A stretch of 64,000 bases of DNA, taken from assembly GCA_010093605.1 (NCBI GenBank), contig MU004182.1:186001-250000 (forward strand), read 5' to 3'. The DNA is from Lophium mytilinum. Its lineage: Eukaryota. The position numbers and the translations under genes are program-made. The first letter of the stretch is position 1. The number at the start of each line of letters is the position of its first letter. Below the pieces are notes generated by a model, which had not been told where the DNA came from, searched no databases, and was given only the letters and a program-made list of their open reading frames with translations. This document shows positions 1-10,823 of this stretch, one piece after another.

Positions 1-845
1 AGTACAGGGAAATGTGCGAAGACATCTCCGTGACGGGCTCCGACAAGCGCTGGTGGGACTACCGCGAGCTGTTCAACTCCCGCGAGCAGCGCTACCGCAC
101 CATGCTCGTGGTCTCCATGGGCTTCTTCGGCCAATGGTCCGGCAACGGCCCCGTGTCCTACTACTACCCAGCCATGCTCCAGGGCGCCGGCATCACCAAC
201 AACCACACGCGCCTGTTGCTCAACGGCCTGCAGAACGTCGTCTCCTTCATCGGCGCCGTCTTCGGAGCCCTGTACACCGACAAGTGGGGCCGCCGCCCGC
301 AGCTCCTCGTCTCCACGGGCATCGTCGTCGTCATCTTCATCCTCGTGTGCGCTCTCGTCGCAACCAACGTCATCGACGGGCCGGACGGCAAGCCCAAGGT
401 CGACGACAGCGGCACGCCCATCATCAAGCGGCCCGGCCAAGCCAAGGCCGTCATCGGGCTCATCTTCATCTTCGGCTTCGTCTTCTCGGCCGGCTACACG
501 CCGCTGCAGCAGCTGTACCCGGTCGAGTGCCTGCGTTACGAGTCACGAGCCAAGGGTATGGCCTTCTACAACTTCTGGGTCAACATTGCCGGCTTCTACA
601 ACACGTTTGTGACCGGCATTGCGTTTTCGGGCGCTGGGTGGAAGTACTACTTCCTCTTCATCTTCTGGGATATCTTTGAGTTTGCGTTTATCTACTTCTT
701 CTATGTGGAGACGCGCAGGCGCACGCTTGAGGAGCTGTCGGAGATCTTTAGCAGCAGGACGCCGGTTAAGACGAGCTTGTCCAAGACGCAGATTGTGGTG
801 CATGGGAGCGATGGGGTTACGGAGGTGTTGGATAAGGAGGTCTAG
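1..845 (+). CDS. MFS sugar porter (lactose permease/cellodextrin transporter-like), 3' part; 5' end lies outside the window
   Basis: Motifs FFGQWSGNGPVSYY, DKWGRRP, YPVECLRYESRAKG and YVETRRRTLEE are typical of Lac12/CDT-type fungal sugar porters. Strong GC3 bias; stop TAG at 843-845. Confidence 0.93.
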   Translation, partial: YREMCEDISVTGSDKRWWDYRELFNSREQRYRTMLVVSMGFFGQWSGNGPVSYYYPAMLQGAGITNNHTRLLLNGLQNVVSFIGAVFGALYTDKWGRRPQLLVSTGIVVVIFILVCALVATNVIDGPDGKPKVDDSGTPIIKRPGQAKAVIGLIFIFGFVFSAGYTPLQQLYPVECLRYESRAKGMAFYNFWVNIAGFYNTFVTGIAFSGAGWKYYFLFIFWDIFEFAFIYFFYVETRRRTLEELSEIFSSRTPVKTSLSKTQIVVHGSDGVTEVLDKEV

Positions 846-1960
846 GTTAGAAGCCTTGACCTTTTGAAAAAGCCCTTAGCTTGCTCTGTTTTGAAATAAG
901 GTGTGGGGGGGATGGATGGGTCTGGGTATGGGTAATTGGCGAGACGAGAAGAACGTCGGAAAGTGGAGATCTAGTCTGCACCGCTCGGAGTTTTCACCAT
1001 CTACACAGATCTCTATAGTAGTATTCGAGAACTCGGCTTGAATCTTCTACTCGTTTCGTTGTATGTTGTGCCATGCCTGAAATTCTCTCCTGTCTCGGCC
1101 TCTTTAGCTCCTTGGAGGAGACTGTCGCCCGAGCTGTTTCTCTCTCTCTCTTCAAAGCATAGTCATGTTAACAAGCATCCCGTAATCCCGCTTCGTTACC
1201 AGGGTTCTGGACCTCATCCAGGCCCCCACTTACGGACTGTATGCGCGTCAAAGACTTGCTTACCCCCGCTTTGCCCCTTTGGATGCGGGAGCTGGGGGGC
1301 GGTTGACTGGGGTGTAGCGCAATCTACCCGCGGGGGAGTCTGTATGCAGTGTGACGGGGGCTATGCTGCTTGCGGCGCGGAGGGCGTTGTGTGTGTAGAT
1401 CCCGGGATAACGGGAGGTGTTCTAGAAGGGAAAAATGTGGGGGCGTAAGGCTTGGGCATGGGGATTGAGGGATTGGGTGGATACGGGAGAGGGGATTGGG
1501 TGGATACGGGAGGGGGGAGGATTGGAAAGGTGGGAGTCTAGGTATATTTAAGGTTTTCAATATTCATCCCTTCCCGAAAACGGTCTTGGGCGGCTCGATG
1601 ATACCGTGAGATAGGTTTGAGGAATTTGAGATTTGACCACTGGGGGTGGGAGACGTGTGGTCCTTTTTTGTATTCGCATTTTGCGTCGCTTGTAGTAGCG
1701 CATTCAGACTCTTGATGGTTGATAGTATGTGAGGATAGAAATACGTGACTTGTGAAATCTGTCCGGTCACGTGAAAGACCTCCCTAAAAGAGGGCTTCGA
1801 TGCTCTTGTCGAATGCAGTCAAAGACCGGCTTCAATAGTTCTCGAATAGAAACAGAGATTCGAGGTCAGTGGGCGCCTCGTGCGACTCAGGCCTGCACAA
1901 TCACAGCTGAAGCTTGACGGGACGAGGTAGACCAAAATCGGCAAAAGAAATAGCGGAGAT

Positions 1961-2552
1961 TCATGCGATAATAGAGGTAATCGGAATATACCACGGCTCC
2001 GTCCGCGTATGGGCCACCCCAACCGGCGAAGTCGTCGTGTTCTCGGCTGTCCAGTTGGTATCGCTGGGCGCAAAGCCAGTGGTATACGTCGGAAACTCGC
2101 TGCACACATAGATCAGTCGAGCTTCTCGACAATACGCAATGAGAAAAGACAGTGCGAGGATTTTGATGGCGAATCAGGAAGCACGATACATACCTCCAAT
2201 ACCACCACGACCGCGTTAGCAGGATCGTGTTCTCTTGGTACAAGAAACCGTAATCCCCCGACGAGTCACAGTAGGTGTACCAATCCATGTAGAGCGAGGT
2301 CTTGCCGTTGACCGCGTATGTGCAGTTGCCGGAGATGGTGTGGTTGCGGTCGGGGTCGGGGTCAGAGAAGTGGAAGGAGATGAAGGACATGAGGTTGATC
2401 TCTGGGTAAGATTGAAAGATTATAAGATCGGTGATGACGAGTGGGACTTGGCCACTTTGACGGGATTGGATTTCGGTGGATTGCTGATTTGGAAGCGCGA
2501 GGGAGGGGATGATGCTCATTGTGAGGGCCAGGAGCGGGGCGAGAAGGTGCAT
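1961..2552 (-). CDS. Small secreted protein, 165 aa, Alt a 1/AA1-like beta-rich; exons 2552-2194 and 2099-1961
   Basis: Signal peptide MHLLAPLLALTMSIIPSLA and two Cys (GNCT, TYCD). Removing intron 2193-2100 (GTATGT...CTGAT...GCAG) gives the C-terminus EPWYIPITSIIA*. The family call is by resemblance only. Confidence 0.7.
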
Positions 2553-3432
2553 CTTGAATGTAGTCGATGTGGAAGAGGTGAATTGATTTTGATGAGACAG
2601 AGTATACTAGAGTATTCGCTTCTTGAAATGCAATACTTCTCACTGGGACGGAGAGGTATTATAGCGATCTAAGTTCTTGAGCAATCACGTACCGAGTGCT
2701 TATATACGTTGACATGGTCAAGTCGGGTTCTCTCATATTTCATCTCTGCTAGACCGCTAGATCTATTGCCAAGGAGAGTCTGCTTATCTGCGTTGCTGTG
2801 AGTGATCATGCAGTACCCTAGGTCTAGGAATCGAATCCAAGGGTTACGCAGGCTTGTCACACCATGAGCGGAGGTACCTCAGATATTGTGTTCTGGTGCT
2901 GACGCATCTACAACTCAGTGTTCATAGGACGGGGTTCGCAGAATCTTCGGGAATGCCGCATCTAGAAGCCGCTCGTTTTTGGTGGCAAACATTTCTAGGT
3001 GGTATGCCATGAAGAAGCCCACATGCATGGTGGTAGCTGCAAGGGACATTAGCATGTTGTGTGCTGCATGCAGGCATCCGGTCTTATTGAGAGACACAGA
3101 AGACCCATCTGGAAATATCAATACAACTCTGCAGTTCGTCGCAAGCTGTGCGATCCCAATTCGCTTTGTGAAGTTCATAGGTGACGATGGGGAGAGGTGG
3201 AGACGATGCAAGTGGGGGTCTAGCGTGACCCGTACCGCTTCTAATTCCGCCTCTAGCATTGTGGACCCGTCCGACATCTCAGCCTCTCACGGTATCAATA
3301 CTGTGTACCCTGGTTTCACTATGCCATATTCTTGTGCTCTTAAGCTCCCCATACAGCTGCCAAACAGTTGATACGGTAAAGTTGCGGGGAGAAGCCCACC
3401 ACGAGTCCACGACTACGAACGAGTACTCCATT

Positions 3433-4476
3433 TTACCTACCTACCGTATGATCCGGCGTCTTCCGTCTCCACGTGGAGTCAGATATATTCAAAATATTCT
3501 CTGTATCATTGTCCGTATTTGGACCTTCCTCCGTCTTGGACACCTTCCCACCAGAAACACAAATCTCATGCTCAGAGACAACAACTGCAGCATGCTTGTA
3601 AATCCGACCGGGCGCTTCACCCACCACCTCCACCTCTTCCATAGCGAAGCTAGCCGTATCAAGCTTATAAACGGGGGTGTGGTCATATCGTGGATTTTCC
3701 CCATACCCTAAACACCCAATGACATAGATATACCCGCCCATCAACGTCGCACTGTGGTTATCCGTCGGCTGGAAGACGTCCTCAGGGTAACTGTACACCA
3801 CAAAGCTCCCATCAGGGTGGTGTTCCCAGACATCGTTGTATATGCAGAAATCAGGGTCGTAGGAATCCTCATGCTCGCCTCCGATCTGGATCACCCGGCC
3901 GTCGGGCAGCCGTGTAATAGACTGCCCGAAGCGCTCTGCGCACCAAACTGGCGTGCCCGGGAAGTCTCTCTTCACCCCGAACTTATCTTTGAAGTAATTC
4001 CCGGCGACCCAAGCATTCTTGCCGGACCGGATCATGGCATCCCAGAAGGGCATGTCGAGGCGGTCTGGATTCTTGGTTCCGAAAAGGCGGTTGCAGCCTG
4101 AAAGGAACTGCTCGGAGCTGATGGTGGATAGTGGTTCCTCGCTGGTTTCAGGTGATAGACCGACGAGTGCACGGCGCCCTTCATGCGAGATTTTCTGGAT
4201 GTTGGCCCCAGCAGCTAAGAGAGCGAGGACAATTGGCAGGCTGTGAGCATTATTTAATGCGGTTCGGCCGAATTCTTCAACTTCAAGATCTTGGGGCGTT
4301 TTGAGTTTCTCCACTACCAGATCGTAATCGTCATATTCGACGGCTTGTATGAGTGATATGGACTTCTCGTCATCTTCATTAGATGACAGGTGTGATGGCG
4401 AAGGGCGTTCTAAAGAGCCTTGTGAAACAGCTTCGTCCGCATCGCTGATAGATTTGGGGTCTGGGGCGGCTGACAT
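3433..4476 (-). CDS. Ankyrin-repeat plus Kelch-like beta-propeller protein, 347 aa, intronless
   Basis: Ankyrin-like FGRTALNNAHSLPIVLALLAAGANI, followed by Kelch-like blades: RFGQSITRLPDGRVIQIGGEHED, HSATLMGGYIYVIG, HAAVVVSEHEICVSGG. Confidence 0.8.
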   Translation of the reverse strand: MSAAPDPKSISDADEAVSQGSLERPSPSHLSSNEDDEKSISLIQAVEYDDYDLVVEKLKTPQDLEVEEFGRTALNNAHSLPIVLALLAAGANIQKISHEGRRALVGLSPETSEEPLSTISSEQFLSGCNRLFGTKNPDRLDMPFWDAMIRSGKNAWVAGNYFKDKFGVKRDFPGTPVWCAERFGQSITRLPDGRVIQIGGEHEDSYDPDFCIYNDVWEHHPDGSFVVYSYPEDVFQPTDNHSATLMGGYIYVIGCLGYGENPRYDHTPVYKLDTASFAMEEVEVVGEAPGRIYKHAAVVVSEHEICVSGGKVSKTEEGPNTDNDTENILNISDSTWRRKTPDHTVGR

Positions 4477-5229
4477 GATAGCCTAGTTACTTGCAGAATT
4501 TGAGATGTGACGATTGTGAAGGTGAGGAATTGAGGTATGCAAGGTCGTCCGACTTTTATTTCGGCCCCATGTCCCAGGCAACACTATTCTACTTGGGAAA
4601 TGACTCAAAAATGAGAAACGGAATCATCAGATACGTCCTAGAAGGTACTTACATTAACAGAAGCGTATTAAGTACCAGTATTCACGGAAATCGAGATGAA
4701 AGTTGTCGATGTGGCCGGTTGAAGCTTGCGATGTCGGAAATCTAGGTGGCGGCCCCAGATCCACGCTATCCCGTATTAGGGAACGATCACGTGCGCTGGG
4801 CCTATTGGCTGCAGTGCTTCAGCCCAAAGCAGTCAGTTACCGAAACGTACCGAATTCTAAAGCCTAGGAACAGTTGGCAGCAGCACTGGTCACATGTAAA
4901 AAGGCGGAATGATCTGATAGGAATAAGCGGAAGAATCGGCGGAACCGCAGAGATCTTACTAGAATACATAGCCAATCACCTCCCTTGCAATATTCAACAT
5001 TGATCGTATGCAGGGGTGCGGGTTGTGGTGATGTGGGAGGATTCCACCACACCAAGCTTTCCCCGCATTTCACTAAGAAGTGACGGCTCGGGTCATGAGC
5101 GGAAGACGGGATCGGTGCCATCCGCGTAGCACGCTGGTATGGCAATGAGAGGCATAGAAAAGCTATATGGAAAGTTGGATTTCTGTCAATGGAGATTCTA
5201 TACTGCTCAAGACCGCAACATTTGATATC

Positions 5230-6891
5230 ATGGGCGTAGATTCAGGTTTCAGCGTCTCTGGAGTTTTCACGATTGCTGGTGTTGTCTTGTTGGGGTCGTT
5301 GAGTTCAGTGAGCCTCGACCCAAAACAGTAGAAGAGAAGTAGATTATGCTAATATGGAATTGCATAGGTATTATTGTACTTCATCGCTACGGCGATATAC
5401 AACATCTACTTCCATCCCCTTTCCAGCTTCCCGGGCCCCAAATCATGGGCCGCGTCCAGTATACCTTTCTCCTTGAGCCATATGCGCGGAACCTTCGCGT
5501 TTGACGTCTTGAAATTACATGACAAGTACGGCGAGGTGTTCAGGATGGGCCCGAATCAGATATCGTTCATCAATGGCGATGCTTGGAAAGATATCTATGC
5601 GTACCGGAGCGACCGTCCTCACTTCACGAAGGATAAGACGAACTACTTCACGCCTCTCAATGGCGTGGAAAGCATCCACTCCGCCAAAGACGACGGCGTG
5701 CACTCACGCCACCGGCGACTCCTCGCACACGCCTTTTCAGAGAAGGCGTTGAGAGAGCAGGAGTCGTTGCTAACGACGTACATGAATCTCCTTGTGGTCC
5801 AGCTGAAGAAGCAGAGCGGTCCTGTTGACATGGTGCGGTGGCTCAACTACACGACATTCGACCTGATTGGCGATCTTACATTCGGCGAGCCGTTTGGATG
5901 CCTTCGGGACAGCGAATACCACCCCTGGGTCGCCATAGTCTTCCAGAGCATGCGCGCTTCCGCTTTTGTGGTGGCTGGGCGGCAATGGCCCGCTCTCGCG
6001 TCCATGCTCGTCAAGCTCATGCCGAAAAGTCTTTCGCAAAAAATACAGGATCATTGGGATCTAAGCGTGAATCGACTGAATCGTCGTCTGGCTACCAAGA
6101 CAGATCGACCGGATTTCGTGACATACCTCCAGCGACAGACGGGAGAGAAGGGATTAAGTCTTGAAGAGATGCATTCAAACGCCCCTCTTCTCATGATCGC
6201 CGGGAGCGAGACTACTGGGACGGCACTGTCAGCGTGTCTGTACTACTTGGCCTCGAACCCGGCAGTCTTCCAGAAGCTGAGGAAAGAGTTCGACGCGGCG
6301 ATAAAGTCGGATGAGGACATTACGATCGTAAACACCAGCGATCTGAAATACATGACAAATGTCCTGAACGAAACGATGCGGATATACAATCCTGTGCCAG
6401 GAGACCTGCCGCGCGAAGCTCCCAAGGAGGGGATTACAGTTGCTGGGTATTGGCTGCCACCATACGTGAGTTTTAGCTTTCGCGAAAATGACGCCGGGAT
6501 GTGACTGACCATGGAATAGACTCGAGCGTCAATGGGTATCTACGCAGCCTCGCATTCGGAACGTAACTTTCGAGACCCGTACGAGTTCGTTCCTGAGCGT
6601 TGGGACGATGATAACTCCATGTATGCGAACGATCAGAAATCGGCTTTCCAGCCTTTCTCGACAGGTCCTAGGAATTGTATTGGCAAAAAGTGAGTACTTG
6701 AGATTCCTGTACAGTTCGTGGCTGACTATCTATGAAGTCTTGCATGGGCAGAAATGCGTCTTATTCTTTCAAAGCTACTCTTCAATTTCGATATCGAGCT
6801 TTTGCCGGAAAGTAGAAATTGGGTTGACCAGAAGATGTTTGTATTATGGGAGAAGCATCCGCTCATGCTCAGCTTGAAGCCGAGGCATTGA
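5230..6891 (+). CDS. Cytochrome P450 monooxygenase, 499 aa, CYP65-like (Tri11/AvnA-type); exons 5230-5307, 5368-6465, 6520-6689, 6738-6891
   Basis: N-terminal TM anchor, [10 protein letters not shown]-helix AGSETT, ETMR (ExxR), PERW and heme motif [10 protein letters not shown]. Three GT-AG introns give a 1500-nt in-frame CDS. Confidence 0.95.
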
Positions 6892-7099
6892 GGACGGAGA
6901 GGTCAAGAGCGAGAAGTCTATGAACAGGATTCGATTTGGAGATAGGAGAATAAGGAAAAGTTCCCAGATGCTATCGGCAATGGAAACAGAAATTGAAGCG
7001 TTTGATGTGAGAAGCGATCGAGCCATATTTGCGGAATGTTCTGTACAGTACCACGTAACTCTGGCTTATGCCATCGCAAGCCCACAACTCATATTTCTC

Positions 7100-8754
7100 C
7101 TAGTTATGTTCCCTCATAGATTTCAGCCTAGGCGAAGATGCTCGCGTATAGTCAGTATCTGCTTCCAGCTCATGCGTGCCTCCTACGCTCATAAGCGGCT
7201 CCGTGACCGCCTCTGCTTCACTCATCCCGTGGTGGTCTGGTAATTCCGCGGCTTCTTTCCCAGTAGGCATCTCCTTTCTATGTACCACCCCACCAAGCTC
7301 GGCAAGTGGGATTACAAGAGATTCCAATACCTTAGCTGGCTCTTCTTCTGAAGTCGTAGCTTTTCGCCGTTTTTGTCGTCGGCGTCGATAAGAGATCAAA
7401 CCAATTCCAACACAGATAAGAATTGTTCCAACCCCAACACCGACTCCGATTCCCGTTTTTTCTTCAGTTGCAAGGCCGCTGATTGAGACTCGGTCAAAAT
7501 GATCTCCTTGACAGTCATAGTAGTTTTCGACAACTATTTGCGTCCAGAGCGCAGCAAAATCAGAGCAATCAAAGGTCGAGTTGTCAGAAGATATGCTCAA
7601 AGAGGCCGCATCCTTCAGCTCGGGGAAGGATACGCTGTTGTCTTGGTTAGATATTGGGTCTCCGCGTAGAAAACAAGGAAGACTCACTTCCCCATGTTTC
7701 CAGAAATATTTACTGATTCTCGGACTACTGCAAGCTTGTCGATGAGGTCAACTACCATGACTTTGGGGTTGTCTCTGATGGACAGACTGCCGGCTGATTC
7801 TAGGCTGGGTAAAATAATATAAGAAAGATCGGTATTGTTCGCAATCACAATGCTACTTTGCACGGTGTATAAGGACTCGAAGTAGATGTGAGTTAGTCCT
7901 GGATTCTCTTCTATAATGAGAGACTCTTGAACAAAGTTGAGATCGGGTGCCGCGCACGTATACACGTTTCGTAGAAGCACGTTGCTAATGTTTTTACACA
8001 AATTTAGTGTAACGTCGGGGGGACTGTAAACGTTGTTTCCAGCAATGGTGAGGCTTTTGATGCTCGGAATAAGCACAGTTATTTCCGACATAGCGTCTGG
8101 TTTTCGATGAGCAATAGTTTCGAAAGGGTTTAAATGGTCTCTTGGATAACGTACCATTATTCGAGATGTTCAGGCTTACCATATCACTACTAGTGAATGA
8201 CAAAGACCGAATGGACGTGTTGTGAATCTCCAGACTATCAATGGCGTAAAGGCCGTAGTAATCGTCGTCGATTGGCGGACCCTCCAATGCGGGCAGTGAA
8301 ATAAATGAGACATTCCCTAAGTCATTGGGTACCGTCAAGTTCTGCAAATTCTCGTTTCTCTCAACCCTTAAAGCACCAGTGATAGCCCAGACGCTGGACA
8401 GGTTCAAGCTCTTCAATCCAGGTACGTCAATTGCAACAAAGTTCCCGAGGACTGCATCCAATTCCTCCATTCTTATGTCATCTGTGGTTTCAGTGGCAAT
8501 TGCAATGCTACCAGAGAAAGTAGTACAGCTGGCCATGGCCAGAGCATCGGCATCTTTGTGGTTCGAAATAGTCTTCGTGCCAAAGGTTTCAGATGCGGCA
8601 GACGGCGTGATACTACAATCCACAGCTGATCAACGGTTAATTCAGACATGGGATCTCAGCAATGAGACGTTAGCAACATACAGGATGAGGTGGTGGTTGC
8701 TGAAACAGTCCCACTAAACAGAATCGCAACGAGAGACCAGAACAGCGCGCGCAT
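7100..8754 (-). CDS. Ecm33/Sps2-like receptor L-domain protein with a single TM helix and cytosolic tail, 495 aa; exons 8754-8682, 8625-8155, 8096-7688, 7634-7100
   Basis: Signal peptide MRALFWSLVAILFSGTVSA; CTTFSGSIAI; LxxLxxV/IxG-type repeats; FDCSDF; TM GIGVGVGVGTILICVGIGLISY followed by RRRRQKRRK. Three canonical introns join three separate ORFs in frame. Confidence 0.82.
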
Positions 8755-9462
8755 ATTTCAATTGCAACGACGTTCGTCCACCAGGAACGTGCAAGCCTTC
8801 CAATCTTCCGAAACTTACCGGCCGCCGTCCGTCGCAGCCTATATGTTACTCTATGCCCCGAAGTACCAAGTGCCAAAGCCCAAGGACGCCCATACCGACC
8901 GCAGTTTCAAGAAGCCCCAGCCTCGCTTGAATGATTCGCCGCAAAGACTTAGCAGCTTAGTCTATCTGTTAACCTTGAATTCGTGTCCGTTTGAACCAGT
9001 GAGCGTGTTGCATTGGGGCTCGGGCGCTTCGAAGGCTGGGCAGCGTGATGCCGGCCTGCGGCACAGTACATTGCAACCTTGGAAACTGTTGAATTTGCTC
9101 GAAATAATTCTCATTGTTTCCACTTAATGATTGTACTTATTTGCTATAAGGTTTGTAGGTTTACTATATCTAGTTGTTTTCTAGTTTTCTCTCTAGATAG
9201 GTACTTAAGAACAGTACGCACGTAGCTAGGTAGATTATCTTTTTAATCAGACAGTTCATCGGTTTACCTTTCAACTGAAACCCGCAATTTTGGAACAGAA
9301 CGCAGAGCTGCGGACAATTGCTGGGTGATGCACAGCCTCGGTGGGCCGGTTGGGCTGGCTGAAAATTTGTGACTTGCAAGATGGAGAGTAATGAAGTGGT
9401 GATTTGGTAATGCGAGGTGCACTGCGAGTAGTCTCATTTTACCAACAACCCCACGCTAAACG

Positions 9463-10533
9463 TTATTCAACGTCAATCCAGCTTGTTGCACAGCCGGCTC
9501 CGAGTGATTTGACGGTCCGATGTACTTGAATCTCGTTATAGCGTCCCTGAACATCTCCGAACTCACCATCGATAGGTAGTCCGCAATTGCCATGCTTGCC
9601 CCAGCCCCAGGCGATGACTTTGCCATCGGTCGTTATCGCAAGGACATGCTCGCTCCCAATAGCAAGCTGTTTAAGCATCGGAAGGCTTTCTGGCGGGTTG
9701 GTTCGGGTAGGTTTGCCCCAAGTGTGCAGCTTTCCACTTTGGTCCAAGACGAGAATCGAGCTCCATGTTGCTCCTACTTGTTTCCAACGAGGAGCGATTA
9801 CTGGTGCGGCTGAAATAAGGTTATTCTTGTCAGAGCCGAGGACGAGGTGTTCTCCGGAGTCTACGGCACCTAGAACATAGGTGAATTCTCTCCCGCAGAC
9901 AGCGCGAACGGCTCTAAAGGGAACTGGAATCTTTCGGGGCTTCCAGCTATCTTCCCGTGGTTCGCCAAGTTGGCCATTGCGACCTTTACCCCAGCCGTAT
10001 ACTTCGCCATTAGAAAGGACCGTGACAAAGTGGTTCATACTGCCGTGTATATCAATTGGATGTGCGTCTGAGTCGCCCCAGGAACCAATAGGCTTCATAA
10101 TCTCTGTCCATTGGTCTGAGCTGACGATAGGAAGTCCTTGTCCAAGTTCTCCTCGACGGCCAATTCCGGTCGTTAGAATCGCATAGCCAGTGTCTCTGCG
10201 GACGATTGCTGCCGACGCCTCCCAAGAAGCAGCGCACATGACAACACCATCGAGGCAATCTTGAAAATCCACAACAAAGTTTCTGTCCTTGTCCAAGATT
10301 TGATGCAGAATTGGCCCACAGCGAGAACCGGTGTTCTCTCCCACTGCCTTCGCCGAACCATTGGATAGTTGAATTAACGTGTGATTACCACCTCCAACTA
10401 TTCGCGTAACGTTGATCGAATCTAAGCCTTTGGGTGAAGGCTGAACTATACAAGATGTGGGGTCTGATATATCATTGTTGTGGCCTAAGCCGAGCTGATA
10501 GGATCCATTTGACCCGAAGGAATAAAGCGGCAT
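9463..10533 (-). CDS. ATS1: RCC1-repeat protein Ats1/Kti13 (alpha-tubulin suppressor, Elongator accessory)
   Basis: N-terminus MPLYSFGSNGSYQLGLGH, RCC1 repeats (GWGKGRNGQLG, GSEHVLA, AWGWGKHGNCG) and C-terminal GAGCATSWI are characteristic of Ats1. Confidence 0.85.
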   Translation of the reverse strand: MPLYSFGSNGSYQLGLGHNNDISDPTSCIVQPSPKGLDSINVTRIVGGGNHTLIQLSNGSAKAVGENTGSRCGPILHQILDKDRNFVVDFQDCLDGVVMCAASWEASAAIVRRDTGYAILTTGIGRRGELGQGLPIVSSDQWTEIMKPIGSWGDSDAHPIDIHGSMNHFVTVLSNGEVYGWGKGRNGQLGEPREDSWKPRKIPVPFRAVRAVCGREFTYVLGAVDSGEHLVLGSDKNNLISAAPVIAPRWKQVGATWSSILVLDQSGKLHTWGKPTRTNPPESLPMLKQLAIGSEHVLAITTDGKVIAWGWGKHGNCGLPIDGEFGDVQGRYNEIQVHRTVKSLGAGCATSWIDVE

Positions 10534-10823
10534 GATCTGTATTTATGTTGTTTGATCTGAAGTAGTCGTCGAGAAGCCATAACTATTTCGGATGTTGATA
10601 GATTTCAAAAAGTCTGCATGAAAGAGGATGGAGTGTTGAAGACCTGGCGATGGATGAGATGCGAGGAGAAGAGATTCGCACGTGATGGCGCTAGCCTACA
10701 AATCGAGCTAGCCACCGCCAAGCACCCACCACGATTTCGCATCTCCAAGAATTAGCAACGCCCATCGCGAACTCCTCCACGACAACTCCCACTCTCACAG
10801 CACGCATCTTTGCACACGCCAAG

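Noticed and set aside
14..867. Alternative-frame ORFs overlapping the sugar transporter
   Set aside because: By-products of high GC3 codon usage.
1038..1770. Short ORFs and a 23-bp G-rich direct repeat (~1469-1512)
   Set aside because: No coherent splice model or recognisable motif; frames are interrupted by stops. Treated as intergenic or an unidentifiable relic.
2915..3371. Overlapping 120-130-aa ORFs on both strands
   Set aside because: No recognisable domain, signal peptide or codon bias; cannot support a gene.
8097..8154. Apparent frameshift in the Ecm33-like gene
   Set aside because: Explained by a 58-nt GTACGT...CAG intron.
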